Origin: an uncultured bacterium
GTDB taxonomy: Bacteria > Omnitrophota > Omnitrophia > Omnitrophales > Abzuiibacteriaceae
Length of the DNA stretch: 64,000 nucleotides
Reading direction: 5' to 3'
Assembly (NCBI GenBank): GCA_964387845.1
Contig: CAYLXA010000013.1
Span: 1-64,000, forward strand
The notes beneath the pieces were generated by a model. The model worked only from the letters and a program-made list of their open reading frames with translations. It was not told the DNA's origin and searched no databases. Positions 12,014-22,879 of the stretch are shown one piece after another (within the stretch, counting starts at the first letter, position 1; each line of letters begins with the position of its first letter). Made by a program: the position numbers and the translations under genes.

Positions 12014-12042
12014 AGTACATTGTTTAATTGGAGGAATGAAAC

Positions 12043-12369
12043 ATGAGTAAAATAGGGTTAATTGAAAAAAGTCATTTAAAGCAGGATCTCCCGAAATTCA
12101 GAGTCGGGGACCAGGTTCAGGTTCACGCCAAGGTGCAGGAAGGCGACAAGACCCGCACACAGCTTTTCGAAGGCGTTGTCATCAAGAAGCGAGGAACGGG
12201 GATCGGCTCTTCTTTTACCGTTCTTCGTGATGTGCGCGGCGAGATTGTGGAGAAAGTATTTCCTGTTCATTCACCGCATGTCGAGAAGGTGGTCGTGAAA
12301 AAGAAGGGCAAAGTAACGAAAGCGAAACTTTATTACCTTCGCCATAAAAAGGCCGGTTCCGTTTCCTAA
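12043..12369 (+). CDS. rplS: 50S ribosomal protein L19
   Basis: 108 aa with a conserved L19 sequence and a GGAGG RBS. Confidence 0.92.
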   Translation: MSKIGLIEKSHLKQDLPKFRVGDQVQVHAKVQEGDKTRTQLFEGVVIKKRGTGIGSSFTVLRDVRGEIVEKVFPVHSPHVEKVVVKKKGKVTKAKLYYLRHKKAGSVS

Positions 12370-12381
12370 GCTATTAGCCCT

Positions 12382-13014
12382 GTGAATATATCAAACCCGG
12401 ATTCAAATGAATCATTTGAAAAGATATTCCGGGAAAAAGGTTTTACGAAAATAGCCGGCATCGATGAAGTGGGCCGCGGTCCGTTGGCCGGGCCCGTGGT
12501 TGCAAGTTGTGTTGTGCTGCCCGTTGGTTTTTCCTCTCCGCGTATCCGGGATTCCAAGCAACTCAGCCCCAAGGCGCGCTTAGCAGCCTATTGGGAAATT
12601 CTGCAAGTTGCACGAGTCGGGATTGGTATTGTTAGCCAGGAAATAATCGATCAAATCAATATTTTAAGAGCTTCCTTGCTCGCGATGAAAAAGGCTGTGT
12701 TGTCGCTTGCGTTGACGCCAGACGTGCTATTAATTGATGGAACTTACAGAATCGAGAAAGTTCCGGTTGAACAGATGCCGATTGTTTCCGGAGATCGAAA
12801 GTCCATTTCAATATCTGCGGCATCGATTGTAGCGAAAGTGACGCGCGATAAGTTAATGGAAGTTTATGATGAAAAGTTTCCTGGTTATGGTTTTGCTAAG
12901 CATAAAGGTTATCCAAGTCCCGAGCATTTAGATTTATTACAGCGTTTTGGCCCCTCCCCAATTCACCGAATGAGCTTTGGCCCCGTTGTTAAAGCAAAAT
13001 ATTCGGCTTCGTAA
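12382..13014 (+). CDS. rnhB: ribonuclease HII
   Basis: IAGIDEVGRGPLAGPVV active-site region. Confidence 0.9.
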   Translation: MNISNPDSNESFEKIFREKGFTKIAGIDEVGRGPLAGPVVASCVVLPVGFSSPRIRDSKQLSPKARLAAYWEILQVARVGIGIVSQEIIDQINILRASLLAMKKAVLSLALTPDVLLIDGTYRIEKVPVEQMPIVSGDRKSISISAASIVAKVTRDKLMEVYDEKFPGYGFAKHKGYPSPEHLDLLQRFGPSPIHRMSFGPVVKAKYSAS

Positions 13015-13067
13015 TTAATACACTAAATACTTTAATTAAGTATTTATGACTAAAAAATCAATATTTT

Positions 13068-13439
13068 ATGAGTAAGCACTTCAACACAAAAATTGGAAAA
13101 TTAGGAGAAGAAATTGGTGTAACCTATTTAAATAAAATGGGTTACAAGATTATTGAAACCAACTATCGATGCCCGATTGGAGAAATTGACGTCATAACAA
13201 AGTATAAAGGTTTCATTGTCTTTGTCGAAATTAAATCGAGACTTCAGAATGCCTTTGGCCTGCCCGAGGAAGCAGTTGATTGGGCAAAGCAGCGGAAGAT
13301 AGTCAAAGTTGCTCAGTGGTTCCTGAAGCAAAAAGGGTTATCGGACGCACGATGCAGGTTTGATGTGCTGGCCGTTTCGATAGTTCAGGGCAAAGAGGCA
13401 GAGTTTCGGCTCATTGAGAATGCTTTTGAAGTCGAATAA
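13068..13439 (+). CDS. yraN: YraN/UPF0102 family endonuclease
   Basis: 123 aa with the conserved motif GE.....YL...GY.I...N.R...GEID.I. Confidence 0.75.
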   Translation: MSKHFNTKIGKLGEEIGVTYLNKMGYKIIETNYRCPIGEIDVITKYKGFIVFVEIKSRLQNAFGLPEEAVDWAKQRKIVKVAQWFLKQKGLSDARCRFDVLAVSIVQGKEAEFRLIENAFEVE

Positions 13440-13473
13440 GCAACAATTCGGAATGTTTTTTGACAAAATTGTT

Positions 13474-13501
13474 TTGATTCGGTCTTGTGGCGCAGTATAA
13501 T
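13474..13501 (+). promoter_or_regulatory. sigma70-like promoter TTGATT-16-TATAAT upstream of the porin gene
   Basis: -35 at 13474-13479, -10 at 13496-13501. The downstream gene has a GGGAGG RBS. Confidence 0.45.
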
Positions 13502-13686
13502 ACTGGCCATCTCGCCAAATTGATCAAAAATTTTTAAGTATCTTTTTACGCTTTTCTTTTTAAAGTCAAGACTTGGCATGAGAGTTGTAAAGATTATGTA
13601 ACTTTTAAGTGGCTTTATTATAAAAAATAAGAACAACAAACACCCGTTAGGTTTTATCAACCATAATTAAGGGAGGCTTAAACGCA

Positions 13687-15084
13687 ATGAAAACAAAACA
13701 TCTAATGAAAGTGATATCAGTATTTGTTTGTGCGCTCTTTTTAGCGTCAAATACAGTATTGGCTGATTCTATTGCAGTCGATAATTCCAAGCTTTTGGAC
13801 AAAATCGCTGCTCTGGAATCTAAAATAGCCCAGCTAGAATCAAAAGTGGCTATGCAGGGACATGTAACTCCAACCAAACAAACTCCGGAAATGGCTCCTA
13901 CCGGGTCCGGTTTATTGAAATCCAACGAGGATATCCATTTCGGCGGCTATGTTTCGACCGGTTATAACATTAACTGGTTGAGCCCGAACCCGGATGGTAA
14001 CTCAGGCGCTGTTCCGGCAGCTGGCGCAGCGAATGTCGCTGGCAACAACACCAATATCCGTGCTTTTGATCGCGACTCGAATACATTCCTCCAGAATGGA
14101 AAGATCACAATTGAAAAAGCAGCGACTGATGCAGGAACGGCCGGGTTTCGCGCCGATCTCATGTATGGCCGCGATGCGCAAATTTTAAACTCCGCAACAA
14201 TCGGTGATGCAACCGATAACTTCTTTGTCGAGCAAGCTTATGTCCAATATGTTGCCCCTATCGGCAATGGTATTGACATTAAGGCAGGCCGTTTTGTAAC
14301 GATTGCCGGCGCAGAAGTGATCGAGAGCAAGGACAACTGGAACACTTCCAGAAGCTTGCTTTTCAACAATGCTATTCCTTTTACTCACAATGGTGTCCTA
14401 GCCTCTTATACCATCAATGATATGGTTGATGTGAAGGCCGGTGTTGTGAATGGATGGGATTCTTCTATTGACAACAACAAAGGAAAGACAATTTTAGCCG
14501 CGGTTTCACTTCATCCGATGGCGGGATTGGACATCACCCAAAATTACATTATCGGTAAAGAGCAAGCCCGTACAGTTATGGGTGCGGGCGGAACTCCTAC
14601 TGCCGGTAATGCAGCCGAGCGTAATCTGCGCCACTTGCTTGATACTGTAGTTGCGTGGACACCGAATCCGGAGAATGATCGTTGGAAAGTGCTTGCCAAC
14701 TTTGACCTTGGTTGGGAAGAAAGAGGAACCAGCGTTGAAGGTGTTTCCGTATGGCATGGCGTTGCACTTGGCACTAAGTACGATGTGAATGATAAGCTCA
14801 CATTGGCTGCTCGTTGGGAATATTTCGCTGATAACGATGGCCATCGTATTGGCGCCCTCAACGGTTTAACCATGACAGAACGCACCAACTTTTATGAAAT
14901 GACTTACACGGCTGATTACAAGCTGGCCGCGAACCTCATTTCACGTCTCGAATGGCGCTATGATTGGGCAAACGATTCTGTCTTTGATTTGAGCAACAAC
15001 TTAGGCAACGGTGTAAACGCTACCAACGTTGGCGCAAGAAATTCCCAACATACGGTTGGCGCTGAGCTGATCTACGTTTTCTAA
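13687..15084 (+). CDS. putative outer-membrane porin (signal peptide, short coiled coil, beta-barrel; C-terminal Phe)
   Basis: Signal peptide, heptad segment LLDKIAALESKIAQLESKV, alternating hydrophobic beta-strand pattern, C-terminal ELIYVF. Confidence 0.5.
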   Translation: MKTKHLMKVISVFVCALFLASNTVLADSIAVDNSKLLDKIAALESKIAQLESKVAMQGHVTPTKQTPEMAPTGSGLLKSNEDIHFGGYVSTGYNINWLSPNPDGNSGAVPAAGAANVAGNNTNIRAFDRDSNTFLQNGKITIEKAATDAGTAGFRADLMYGRDAQILNSATIGDATDNFFVEQAYVQYVAPIGNGIDIKAGRFVTIAGAEVIESKDNWNTSRSLLFNNAIPFTHNGVLASYTINDMVDVKAGVVNGWDSSIDNNKGKTILAAVSLHPMAGLDITQNYIIGKEQARTVMGAGGTPTAGNAAERNLRHLLDTVVAWTPNPENDRWKVLANFDLGWEERGTSVEGVSVWHGVALGTKYDVNDKLTLAARWEYFADNDGHRIGALNGLTMTERTNFYEMTYTADYKLAANLISRLEWRYDWANDSVFDLSNNLGNGVNATNVGARNSQHTVGAELIYVF

Positions 15085-15160
15085 GTACTGAATTAAGTTT
15101 GTGCAGTACCGATTTTCTAATTAGAAAATCAGAAGTAAAAGCAACATGTTGTAAGTTTTA

Positions 15161-15220
15161 AGAAAGAACCTGTTCTCGGAAAAACGGACCTCCCCCGGGT
15201 TTTCCAGAACAGGTTCTTTC
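15161..15220. terminator. long hairpin between the convergent porin gene and nuoN1 (bidirectional terminator candidate)
   Basis: Perfect 16-bp inverted repeat agaaagaacctgttct / agaacaggttctttct with an inner GC-rich stem. Sits between a plus-strand and a minus-strand gene end. Confidence 0.55.
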
Positions 15221-15236
15221 TATTCCTGCCTCAGTC

Positions 15237-15357
15237 GATAAATTCAAATATCAAATTTCAAAACTCAAAACAAATTCTAATTTCAAATGTCCCAATAACC
15301 GTTTGGAATTTTGTATTTGATATTATTTTGGATTTTAATATTTGATATTTGAATTTA
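15237..15357. repeat. AT-rich palindromic element (CAAATATCAAA family), copy 2
   Basis: Arms ataaattcaaatatcaaatttcaaaactcaaaac and its near-reverse-complement ~50 bp away. Abuts the nuoN1 stop. Confidence 0.6.
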
Positions 15358-15358
15358 T

Positions 15359-16786
15359 TTAAACGATCTGTGAGATCAAATCAAGAAGCGGCTGCTGGAA
15401 TACGCCAAGTAGTACAATTGCGGTCAGAATGCTAATTAAGCAAAACCGGATACCGGTTGGGACATGGATCAAATCCGGCGTCTCGGGCCGCTCGACGTAG
15501 ATTTGACGGATGACGGAGAGATAATAAAAAAGGGATATGACAACACCCAAAACGCCAACCAAGGCAAGCCACATCATGTTTTCTTGAATCACTGCCTGAA
15601 GCAGCATAAATTTAGCAAAAAAGCCGGCTAACGGTGGAATTCCGGCAAGTGACAACAGGGCAATAAACATAGATGCCGCTAAAAGAGGTGAGCGCGCTGC
15701 CAAACCACGCAACCCCGGAATCGATTCATTTTTAAGTGTTTTAGATACCAAAACGAGCGACATAAAAATCGCCAAATTCGCCAGAGCGTAAACCGGCAAG
15801 TAATACAAAACTGCTTGAACGCCCAATTTCGACCCTGCCGCGATTCCCATTAATAGGTAACCTGCATGGCTGATGCTGGAATATCCCAGTAAGCGTTTGA
15901 GACTGCCTTCAAGCTGAAGGAGGGCTCCCAAATTACCGTATAAAAGTGTTGCAGCAGACAGAAGAGCCATTAAAGGCATCCAGATCGGATTTAAATTGTC
16001 GGTGACGGCAAATAAAAATCGGAGCAATGCAGCAAATCCAATTCCTTTCGAAATCGTTGACAAGAACGCTACCGAAGGTGTCGGCGCTCCTTCATAAACA
16101 TCCGGCGCCCAGAGCTGAAACGGAAACGCGGCAATCTTAAACCCGATTCCTGCGATAACCAGGAAAAACCCAAGGAACAAAAAAGAACTTAAATGTGATG
16201 TGGTCTGTAAGTAAATCCGCAGGCTGTCGAATGAAAAACTCTCAGTAATTCCATAAATAAAACTGATTCCATAAATCATCAAAGCCGACGAAAAAAGGCC
16301 CATCAGAAGATACTTAGTTCCGGCTTCAACAGATCTGGTGTCGGTTCTGAGGAATGAGGTTAAAACATATAAGGAAAGCGTCGCCAGTTCGATGGTGATG
16401 AAAAGAGTGAGAAATCCGTTTGCGGAAGAAACGAATAAAGCGCCCAATAATGCTACCAGCAGAATTAAATAAAATTCACCGGCTCGGCTTTTAAAATAAA
16501 TATCGTATTCACGGCTCATGACCACGATGAGAAATGCACATAATATGAAAAATCCTTTCATGAAAATCGAAAAGCTGTCGATTAAAAAAGCGCCGCCAAG
16601 AATTGCCGTTGCTGTTGTTGGAATTTGGGTGGTGGTGATGAATAAAATTGCCAGGCCGAGCAATGTAAGTCTTGAAAGGGCGCCGCCGCCGGTTCTTCGT
16701 CCGCCGAAGCTCTCGATTAAAGTTAAGGCAGTTAATAGAATCAAAGTTCCAATTTCAACGGATAGCGGATGAAAAACAAAGGACAT
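15359..16786 (-). CDS. nuoN: NADH-quinone oxidoreductase subunit N (orphan cluster, copy 1)
   Basis: About 14 TM helices and a NuoN-type WAPDVYEGAPTP motif. Confidence 0.85.
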   Translation of the reverse strand: MSFVFHPLSVEIGTLILLTALTLIESFGGRRTGGGALSRLTLLGLAILFITTTQIPTTATAILGGAFLIDSFSIFMKGFFILCAFLIVVMSREYDIYFKSRAGEFYLILLVALLGALFVSSANGFLTLFITIELATLSLYVLTSFLRTDTRSVEAGTKYLLMGLFSSALMIYGISFIYGITESFSFDSLRIYLQTTSHLSSFLFLGFFLVIAGIGFKIAAFPFQLWAPDVYEGAPTPSVAFLSTISKGIGFAALLRFLFAVTDNLNPIWMPLMALLSAATLLYGNLGALLQLEGSLKRLLGYSSISHAGYLLMGIAAGSKLGVQAVLYYLPVYALANLAIFMSLVLVSKTLKNESIPGLRGLAARSPLLAASMFIALLSLAGIPPLAGFFAKFMLLQAVIQENMMWLALVGVLGVVISLFYYLSVIRQIYVERPETPDLIHVPTGIRFCLISILTAIVLLGVFQQPLLDLISQIV

Positions 16787-18309
16787 TAAAATTCCCCCTG
16801 ATGTGTTAGATCAACGCTTTTTTTAGCTTGGCTGATAATCGATTCAACTGTTGGCCGGATTGAATCCAGCAGAATCATCGGTTGTGTTCCGAAAAGAAGC
16901 AGCCAAATAAGCAAGAAACCGAACGGAAGCCGCGCCCAAAGCGTTTTTGCATCTTTCAAATTCGACCATTTTGGGTCCAATTTTCCGAAAAAGACATTCT
17001 TAACAAGGCGGAGCATGTAAACTGCCGTAATCACAATTCCAAAAATGGCGCCGATTGTTTGCCACCGGTAAGTTTCGAAACTGCCGAAAAAAATCAGAAT
17101 TTCTGAAGCAAAGTTGGCGAAACCGGGAAGTCCGCTCGATGCCAAAGCAGCCATGACAAAACATGTCGCAACAAACGGCATGATTTTGGCCAGTCCGCCA
17201 AGGTTTTCGATCTGTCGTGTATGGGTTTGATCATAAATGAAACCGATTAAAGCGAAACAAAGCGCTGCCATAACGCCGTGTGCAAACATAAAGAAGACCG
17301 TTCCGGTTAACGCTGTTTCGGTCATAGCGCTAAGGCCCAAAAGGGCGTAGCCCATGTGACTGACGCTCGCAAACCCAACCACAAACTTCAAATCCTTTTG
17401 GGCCATGGCCGCCCAGGCGCCATACAAAATATTGATCACGGCCAAAATTGAAATATAGGGAAGCCAAATCCGGGCACCTTCCGGCATGAGGCCCAGCAGA
17501 ATCCGGATGAGGGCGTAAATACCGATTTTTTTCAGAACGCCCGCATGGAGCATGCTGATGGGAGAAGGTGCTGCCGCATAACCGATCGGCGACCAGCTAT
17601 GGAACGGCCAGAGAGATGCGATAACACCAAATCCGAAAATAAAAAATGGCGCGCAGTACTTCTGGAATAAGACGGGAAGCGGTTGGATCGCAAGATAGTT
17701 CTGAATTTCGATCAAATCAAATGTGTAAAGCCCGGTCATTTGATAAAGTGCAAGCAGCCCAATCAAAGACATGACTGCGCCTGCCGTGATGTAAAGCGTG
17801 AGCTTCATTGCACCGTATTCTTTATTCGTGCTTCCCCAGATGGCGATTAAGGGGTACATCGGAATGACTGCCATTTCGTAAAAAAGGTATAAAAAGAAAA
17901 GATCGACGGCGGTAAATACACCAAAAAGACTTGCAATTAAAACCATCAGGAAAACAAAATACTCCTTCACTCTGGTTTCGATCGAAAAAGAAACCATGAC
18001 GGCTGCGAATGAGCAAATGGCGTTCAAAAGAATCATCACGCATCCGATTCCATCAATTCCGGCGTGATAAGAAATGCCGAAAGAGGGCAGCCATTCGGCT
18101 TTGAATAAAAATTGATATCCGGCGGTTTTGGCATCGTAAATCGAAAAGAGGTAAGCCGAAACCGCAAGCGTTGAAAGCGTAATCAGTGTTGCGATCCAGC
18201 GAATCAGCCGCTTGTTTTCCTTAGGCGTGAATCCGATCAAAAATGCGCCCAAAAGAGGCAGCCATGTTAAAGATGGGACAAGTAATTTGGTTGAGTTTAT
18301 GATTTCCAT
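16786..18309 (-). CDS. nuoM: NADH-quinone oxidoreductase subunit M-like (divergent, copy 1)
   Basis: Antiporter-like membrane subunit in the NuoM position. The usual WLPDAH..AP.P motif reads WSPIGYAAAPSP. Confidence 0.7.
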   Translation of the reverse strand: MEIINSTKLLVPSLTWLPLLGAFLIGFTPKENKRLIRWIATLITLSTLAVSAYLFSIYDAKTAGYQFLFKAEWLPSFGISYHAGIDGIGCVMILLNAICSFAAVMVSFSIETRVKEYFVFLMVLIASLFGVFTAVDLFFLYLFYEMAVIPMYPLIAIWGSTNKEYGAMKLTLYITAGAVMSLIGLLALYQMTGLYTFDLIEIQNYLAIQPLPVLFQKYCAPFFIFGFGVIASLWPFHSWSPIGYAAAPSPISMLHAGVLKKIGIYALIRILLGLMPEGARIWLPYISILAVINILYGAWAAMAQKDLKFVVGFASVSHMGYALLGLSAMTETALTGTVFFMFAHGVMAALCFALIGFIYDQTHTRQIENLGGLAKIMPFVATCFVMAALASSGLPGFANFASEILIFFGSFETYRWQTIGAIFGIVITAVYMLRLVKNVFFGKLDPKWSNLKDAKTLWARLPFGFLLIWLLLFGTQPMILLDSIRPTVESIISQAKKSVDLTHQGEF

Positions 18310-18312
18310 AAG

Positions 18313-20151
18313 CTATTGAATTAAAAACAAGTAAATGATAATGACAACACCACCCAAAAAGACAGTCAGGTAGTTTTGAATTTTTCCGGTCTGCAATTTT
18401 CGGGCCCAGCCGCCGAGCCTTGTAAAATTACGTGCAGTGCCGTTCACAAATCCTTCCACAATGGTTTCTTGCTCAAACCGGTTTAAAAAATGAGAGAAAG
18501 GCTTTTGGACGGATTCCAAAATCCAGTCATAAATTGAGTCGATATAGTACTTTTGTGTCAACAACCCGTAAGTATTTTTAAGTTTCTTCTTTATTTTTTG
18601 TGCGGTCCCTGGTTTTCTTAAATATACGTAAGTTGCTGAAAATAAACCACTTACAGAAATTAAAAAGGCCAATACAGGGATAACTTTATTGTGATGAACA
18701 TGAATATCATTCGGATGATGCAAGACCGATTCAATGCCAAAAAAGCCGGCTGTAATCGACAATACCGCAAGCAAAATCATCGGAAGCAGCATCCATTGTG
18801 CGGGTTCGTGGATTTTCTTCCGGCTGTGTGGCTTTCCAAAAAAAGTCATCACAACAGCGCGCGCGATGTAAAACGACGTCAAAAACGCGGTGAACAAGCT
18901 TACCCAAAAAAGGAGAGTGTTTCGTTCGAAAGCAAGCATCAGAATCTCGTCTTTGCTGAAAAATCCGCTCATCGGATAAATGCCGGCAAGTGCAAGCGAA
19001 CCGATCACGAACAGCCACGTCGTAACCGGCATTGATTTTGAAAGCCCGCCCATATTTTTCATGTCTTGCTCATGTGTAGCGTGCAGTACGCTGCCGGCCG
19101 CTAAAAAAAGGAGCGCTTTGAAAAAAGCATGCGTCGTTAAATGATACATGCCGACTCCGACACTGCCGAGCCCGATCGCTATGACCATGTAACCCAGCTG
19201 GCTTAAAGTAGAATAAGCCAGGACGCGCTTTAAATCCGTTTGGACGAGCGCAATCGTTGCCGAAAAAATCGCGGTGAATCCGCCGACATAAGCGATGACA
19301 GAAAGCGCATCTTGCGACAGAGAGAAAAGAAAAAATGTCCGAGCAAGCAAATAAACGCCTGCGGCCACCATTGTTGCTGCGTGAATCAAAGCACTGACGG
19401 GTGTCGGGCCTTCCATCGCATCCGGCAGCCACACGTGAAGCGGAAATTGTGCGGACTTTCCAAGAACGCCGCAAAAAATAGAAACAGCTGCTAAGAAAAT
19501 GAGAGATTCGTTTCCAAGGACTGCTTGCCCAAGGATATGTTCGAGCTTCAGAAAATTAAGCGTCCGCTCTCCGCTACGTCCCGACAAAATCCAAACCAAC
19601 AAAATACCGATCAAAAATCCGAAATCACCGACACGGTTTGTTAGGAATGCTTTTTTGCCGGCATCAGCAGCCGAATCCTTTTCGTACCAAAACCCGATTA
19701 AAAGATAAGAGCTGAGGCCGACCAGCTCCCAAAAGATAAATAGCTGAAGCAAGTTGTTACTGAGCACAATGCCAAGCATTGAAAAGGCAAAAAGAGAAAG
19801 GTAGGCAAAATAACGCGCAAATCCTGGGTCATCTTCCATGTATTCGATTGAATAATAGAAAACAGCGCTTCCGACGCCAGTCACGATCAAAAGCATAATG
19901 AGTGATACAGCATTAATCAAAATACCGAATTCAAGCACAAGGCCCGGAAGTCTGATCCAGGGAACCGATATTTCCAGGAATCCATGGCCGCCTTGCGAGA
20001 AAAATTCATAGGCGAAACTGCAAGAAATCAAAAAGGAGGCAAAAATGCCGGCAAAAGCTAAGGCGGCACTTAATTTCGGCCGGTTGAGCGTGAAAAACGT
20101 AATCAAAACCGCAGAAGCAAGCGGTAAAAATAATATAAGCCAGGGGTTCAT
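18313..20151 (-). CDS. nuoL: NADH-quinone oxidoreductase subunit L (copy 1)
   Basis: HVWLPDAMEGPTPVSALIHAATMVAAGVY signature and a C-terminal extension with a long helix, as in NuoL. Confidence 0.9.
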   Translation of the reverse strand: MNPWLILFLPLASAVLITFFTLNRPKLSAALAFAGIFASFLISCSFAYEFFSQGGHGFLEISVPWIRLPGLVLEFGILINAVSLIMLLIVTGVGSAVFYYSIEYMEDDPGFARYFAYLSLFAFSMLGIVLSNNLLQLFIFWELVGLSSYLLIGFWYEKDSAADAGKKAFLTNRVGDFGFLIGILLVWILSGRSGERTLNFLKLEHILGQAVLGNESLIFLAAVSIFCGVLGKSAQFPLHVWLPDAMEGPTPVSALIHAATMVAAGVYLLARTFFLFSLSQDALSVIAYVGGFTAIFSATIALVQTDLKRVLAYSTLSQLGYMVIAIGLGSVGVGMYHLTTHAFFKALLFLAAGSVLHATHEQDMKNMGGLSKSMPVTTWLFVIGSLALAGIYPMSGFFSKDEILMLAFERNTLLFWVSLFTAFLTSFYIARAVVMTFFGKPHSRKKIHEPAQWMLLPMILLAVLSITAGFFGIESVLHHPNDIHVHHNKVIPVLAFLISVSGLFSATYVYLRKPGTAQKIKKKLKNTYGLLTQKYYIDSIYDWILESVQKPFSHFLNRFEQETIVEGFVNGTARNFTRLGGWARKLQTGKIQNYLTVFLGGVVIIIYLFLIQ

Positions 20152-20155
20152 GCAG

Positions 20156-20455
20156 TTACCATTTTAATGTTGTGAGCGTTCCGGTATCGATTTTACCTTT
20201 TTGACGGAACAAAAGTACGGCGATCGCAAGCCCGATTGCAACTTCACTTGCTGCAATCGCAATAATAAAAAGAGCAGCGACCTGGCCGCCCAAGTGATTG
20301 CCGAAGCTCGAGAATGCAATGAACGATAAATTGACGGCATTCAGCATGATTTCAGCGGAAAGCAGCATCATAATTAAATTCGTGCGGCGAATCATGCCTA
20401 ACGCGCCGATCGTGAACAAAACACCGCTCAAGATTAAATAATGATGGAGCGTCAT
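20156..20455 (-). CDS. nuoK: NADH-quinone oxidoreductase subunit K (copy 1, both conserved Glu present)
   Basis: 99 aa, 3 TM helices, LSAEIMLNAV and AASEVAIGLAI. Confidence 0.85.
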   Translation of the reverse strand: MTLHHYLILSGVLFTIGALGMIRRTNLIMMLLSAEIMLNAVNLSFIAFSSFGNHLGGQVAALFIIAIAASEVAIGLAIAVLLFRQKGKIDTGTLTTLKW

Positions 20456-20949
20456 ACCTCTTTCCTCGTGAGTGAAATAACGCCAAGGATACCGACCAAA
20501 AGAACTAGCGACACGAGTTCAAATTGCAAAAGGTATTGGGAAAACAGAGTGCGCCCGACGCTTTCGATAGTTCCCAAAACAGATACGGATTTTAATTCGG
20601 TATTTGCCGAAGCATGGACAACGATCCAGATTTCAAGAAAAAAAGCGGTAATGACCGCATAAATCGTCAACCGCTTGAAGGATGAAGCCGTTTTTTGTCC
20701 CTCTTCGGATGTATTAACACCCATCAGCATCAGCATGAATAGGAAAAGAACCAAAATGGCACCCGCGTAAATTAAAATTTGAATAATGGCTACAAAATAA
20801 GCTTCAAGCAGCACAAAAAGACCGGAAAGGGAAAACATCGTAATGACAAGTGCGAGAACGCCTTGGGTCGGGCGTTTTGTGAAGACAACATAAAGAGCGC
20901 TTAAAATGGCGGCGGCCGAGAATAGATAAAACCAAAAAATTTGGGTCAT
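20452..20949 (-). CDS. nuoJ: NADH-quinone oxidoreductase subunit J (copy 1)
   Basis: 165-aa membrane protein in the position and of the length of NuoJ, upstream of nuoK. Confidence 0.75.
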   Translation of the reverse strand: MTQIFWFYLFSAAAILSALYVVFTKRPTQGVLALVITMFSLSGLFVLLEAYFVAIIQILIYAGAILVLFLFMLMLMGVNTSEEGQKTASSFKRLTIYAVITAFFLEIWIVVHASANTELKSVSVLGTIESVGRTLFSQYLLQFELVSLVLLVGILGVISLTRKEV

Positions 20950-20985
20950 GGTGGATGCGCGTAAGTTGCTGATTTGAAAGGCTTT

Positions 20986-21013
20986 AGTATAGCAAACTGT
21001 CTTTAAAAATCAA
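20986..21013 (-). promoter_or_regulatory. sigma70-like promoter TTGATT-16-TATACT (minus strand) for nuoJKLMN copy 1
   Basis: On the minus strand: -35 TTGATT (plus 21008-21013), -10 TATACT (plus 20986-20991), about 30 nt upstream of the nuoJ1 ATG. Confidence 0.45.
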
Positions 21014-21042
21014 ACATTCAGATGCTTTTTGGAAAGCAGAGA

Positions 21043-21309
21043 CTAAGAGGAAGAGGAGGAGGAAACGAGAAAGGTGGCCTTATTTTTGTAGACTTCAAAA
21101 AAGCCATTGCCAACCTGATAGGCCAGTTCTTTTTGATTGGGTTCCCGGATTTTTAGTTTTCCGGGAACCGTTGTGGAAATGAGTCCTGCGTGATTGGCAA
21201 GAACGCCAAACGAACCCTTTTCGCCGGGCACAACAATGGATTCAACGGTGCCGGAATAAGCCCGGCCATCCTGCGTGATCAAATCCAATGTAAATGTAGG
21301 TACAGTCAT
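21043..21309 (-). CDS. atpC: F1 ATP synthase epsilon subunit, short form (beta-sandwich only) with a poly-Ser C-terminus
   Basis: 88 aa matching the epsilon N-terminal domain. No C-terminal helical hairpin. Ends SSSSSS. Confidence 0.8.
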   Translation of the reverse strand: MTVPTFTLDLITQDGRAYSGTVESIVVPGEKGSFGVLANHAGLISTTVPGKLKIREPNQKELAYQVGNGFFEVYKNKATFLVSSSSSS

Positions 21310-21320
21310 GATTTACAATT

Positions 21321-21393
21321 AGTTGTAAGTTTTAAGTTATAAGTGCTAAGTAAATCGAACTACTTACCACTTACAACTTATCACTTAACACTT
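21321..21393. repeat. GTAAGT-heptad hairpin R1 (atpD-atpC intergenic)
   Basis: Left arm of nnTAAGT heptads (21321-21352), right arm of inverted heptads (21361-21393). Confidence 0.7.
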
Positions 21394-21395
21394 GG

Positions 21396-22876
<1,481 letters not shown>

Positions 22877-22879
22877 CGG

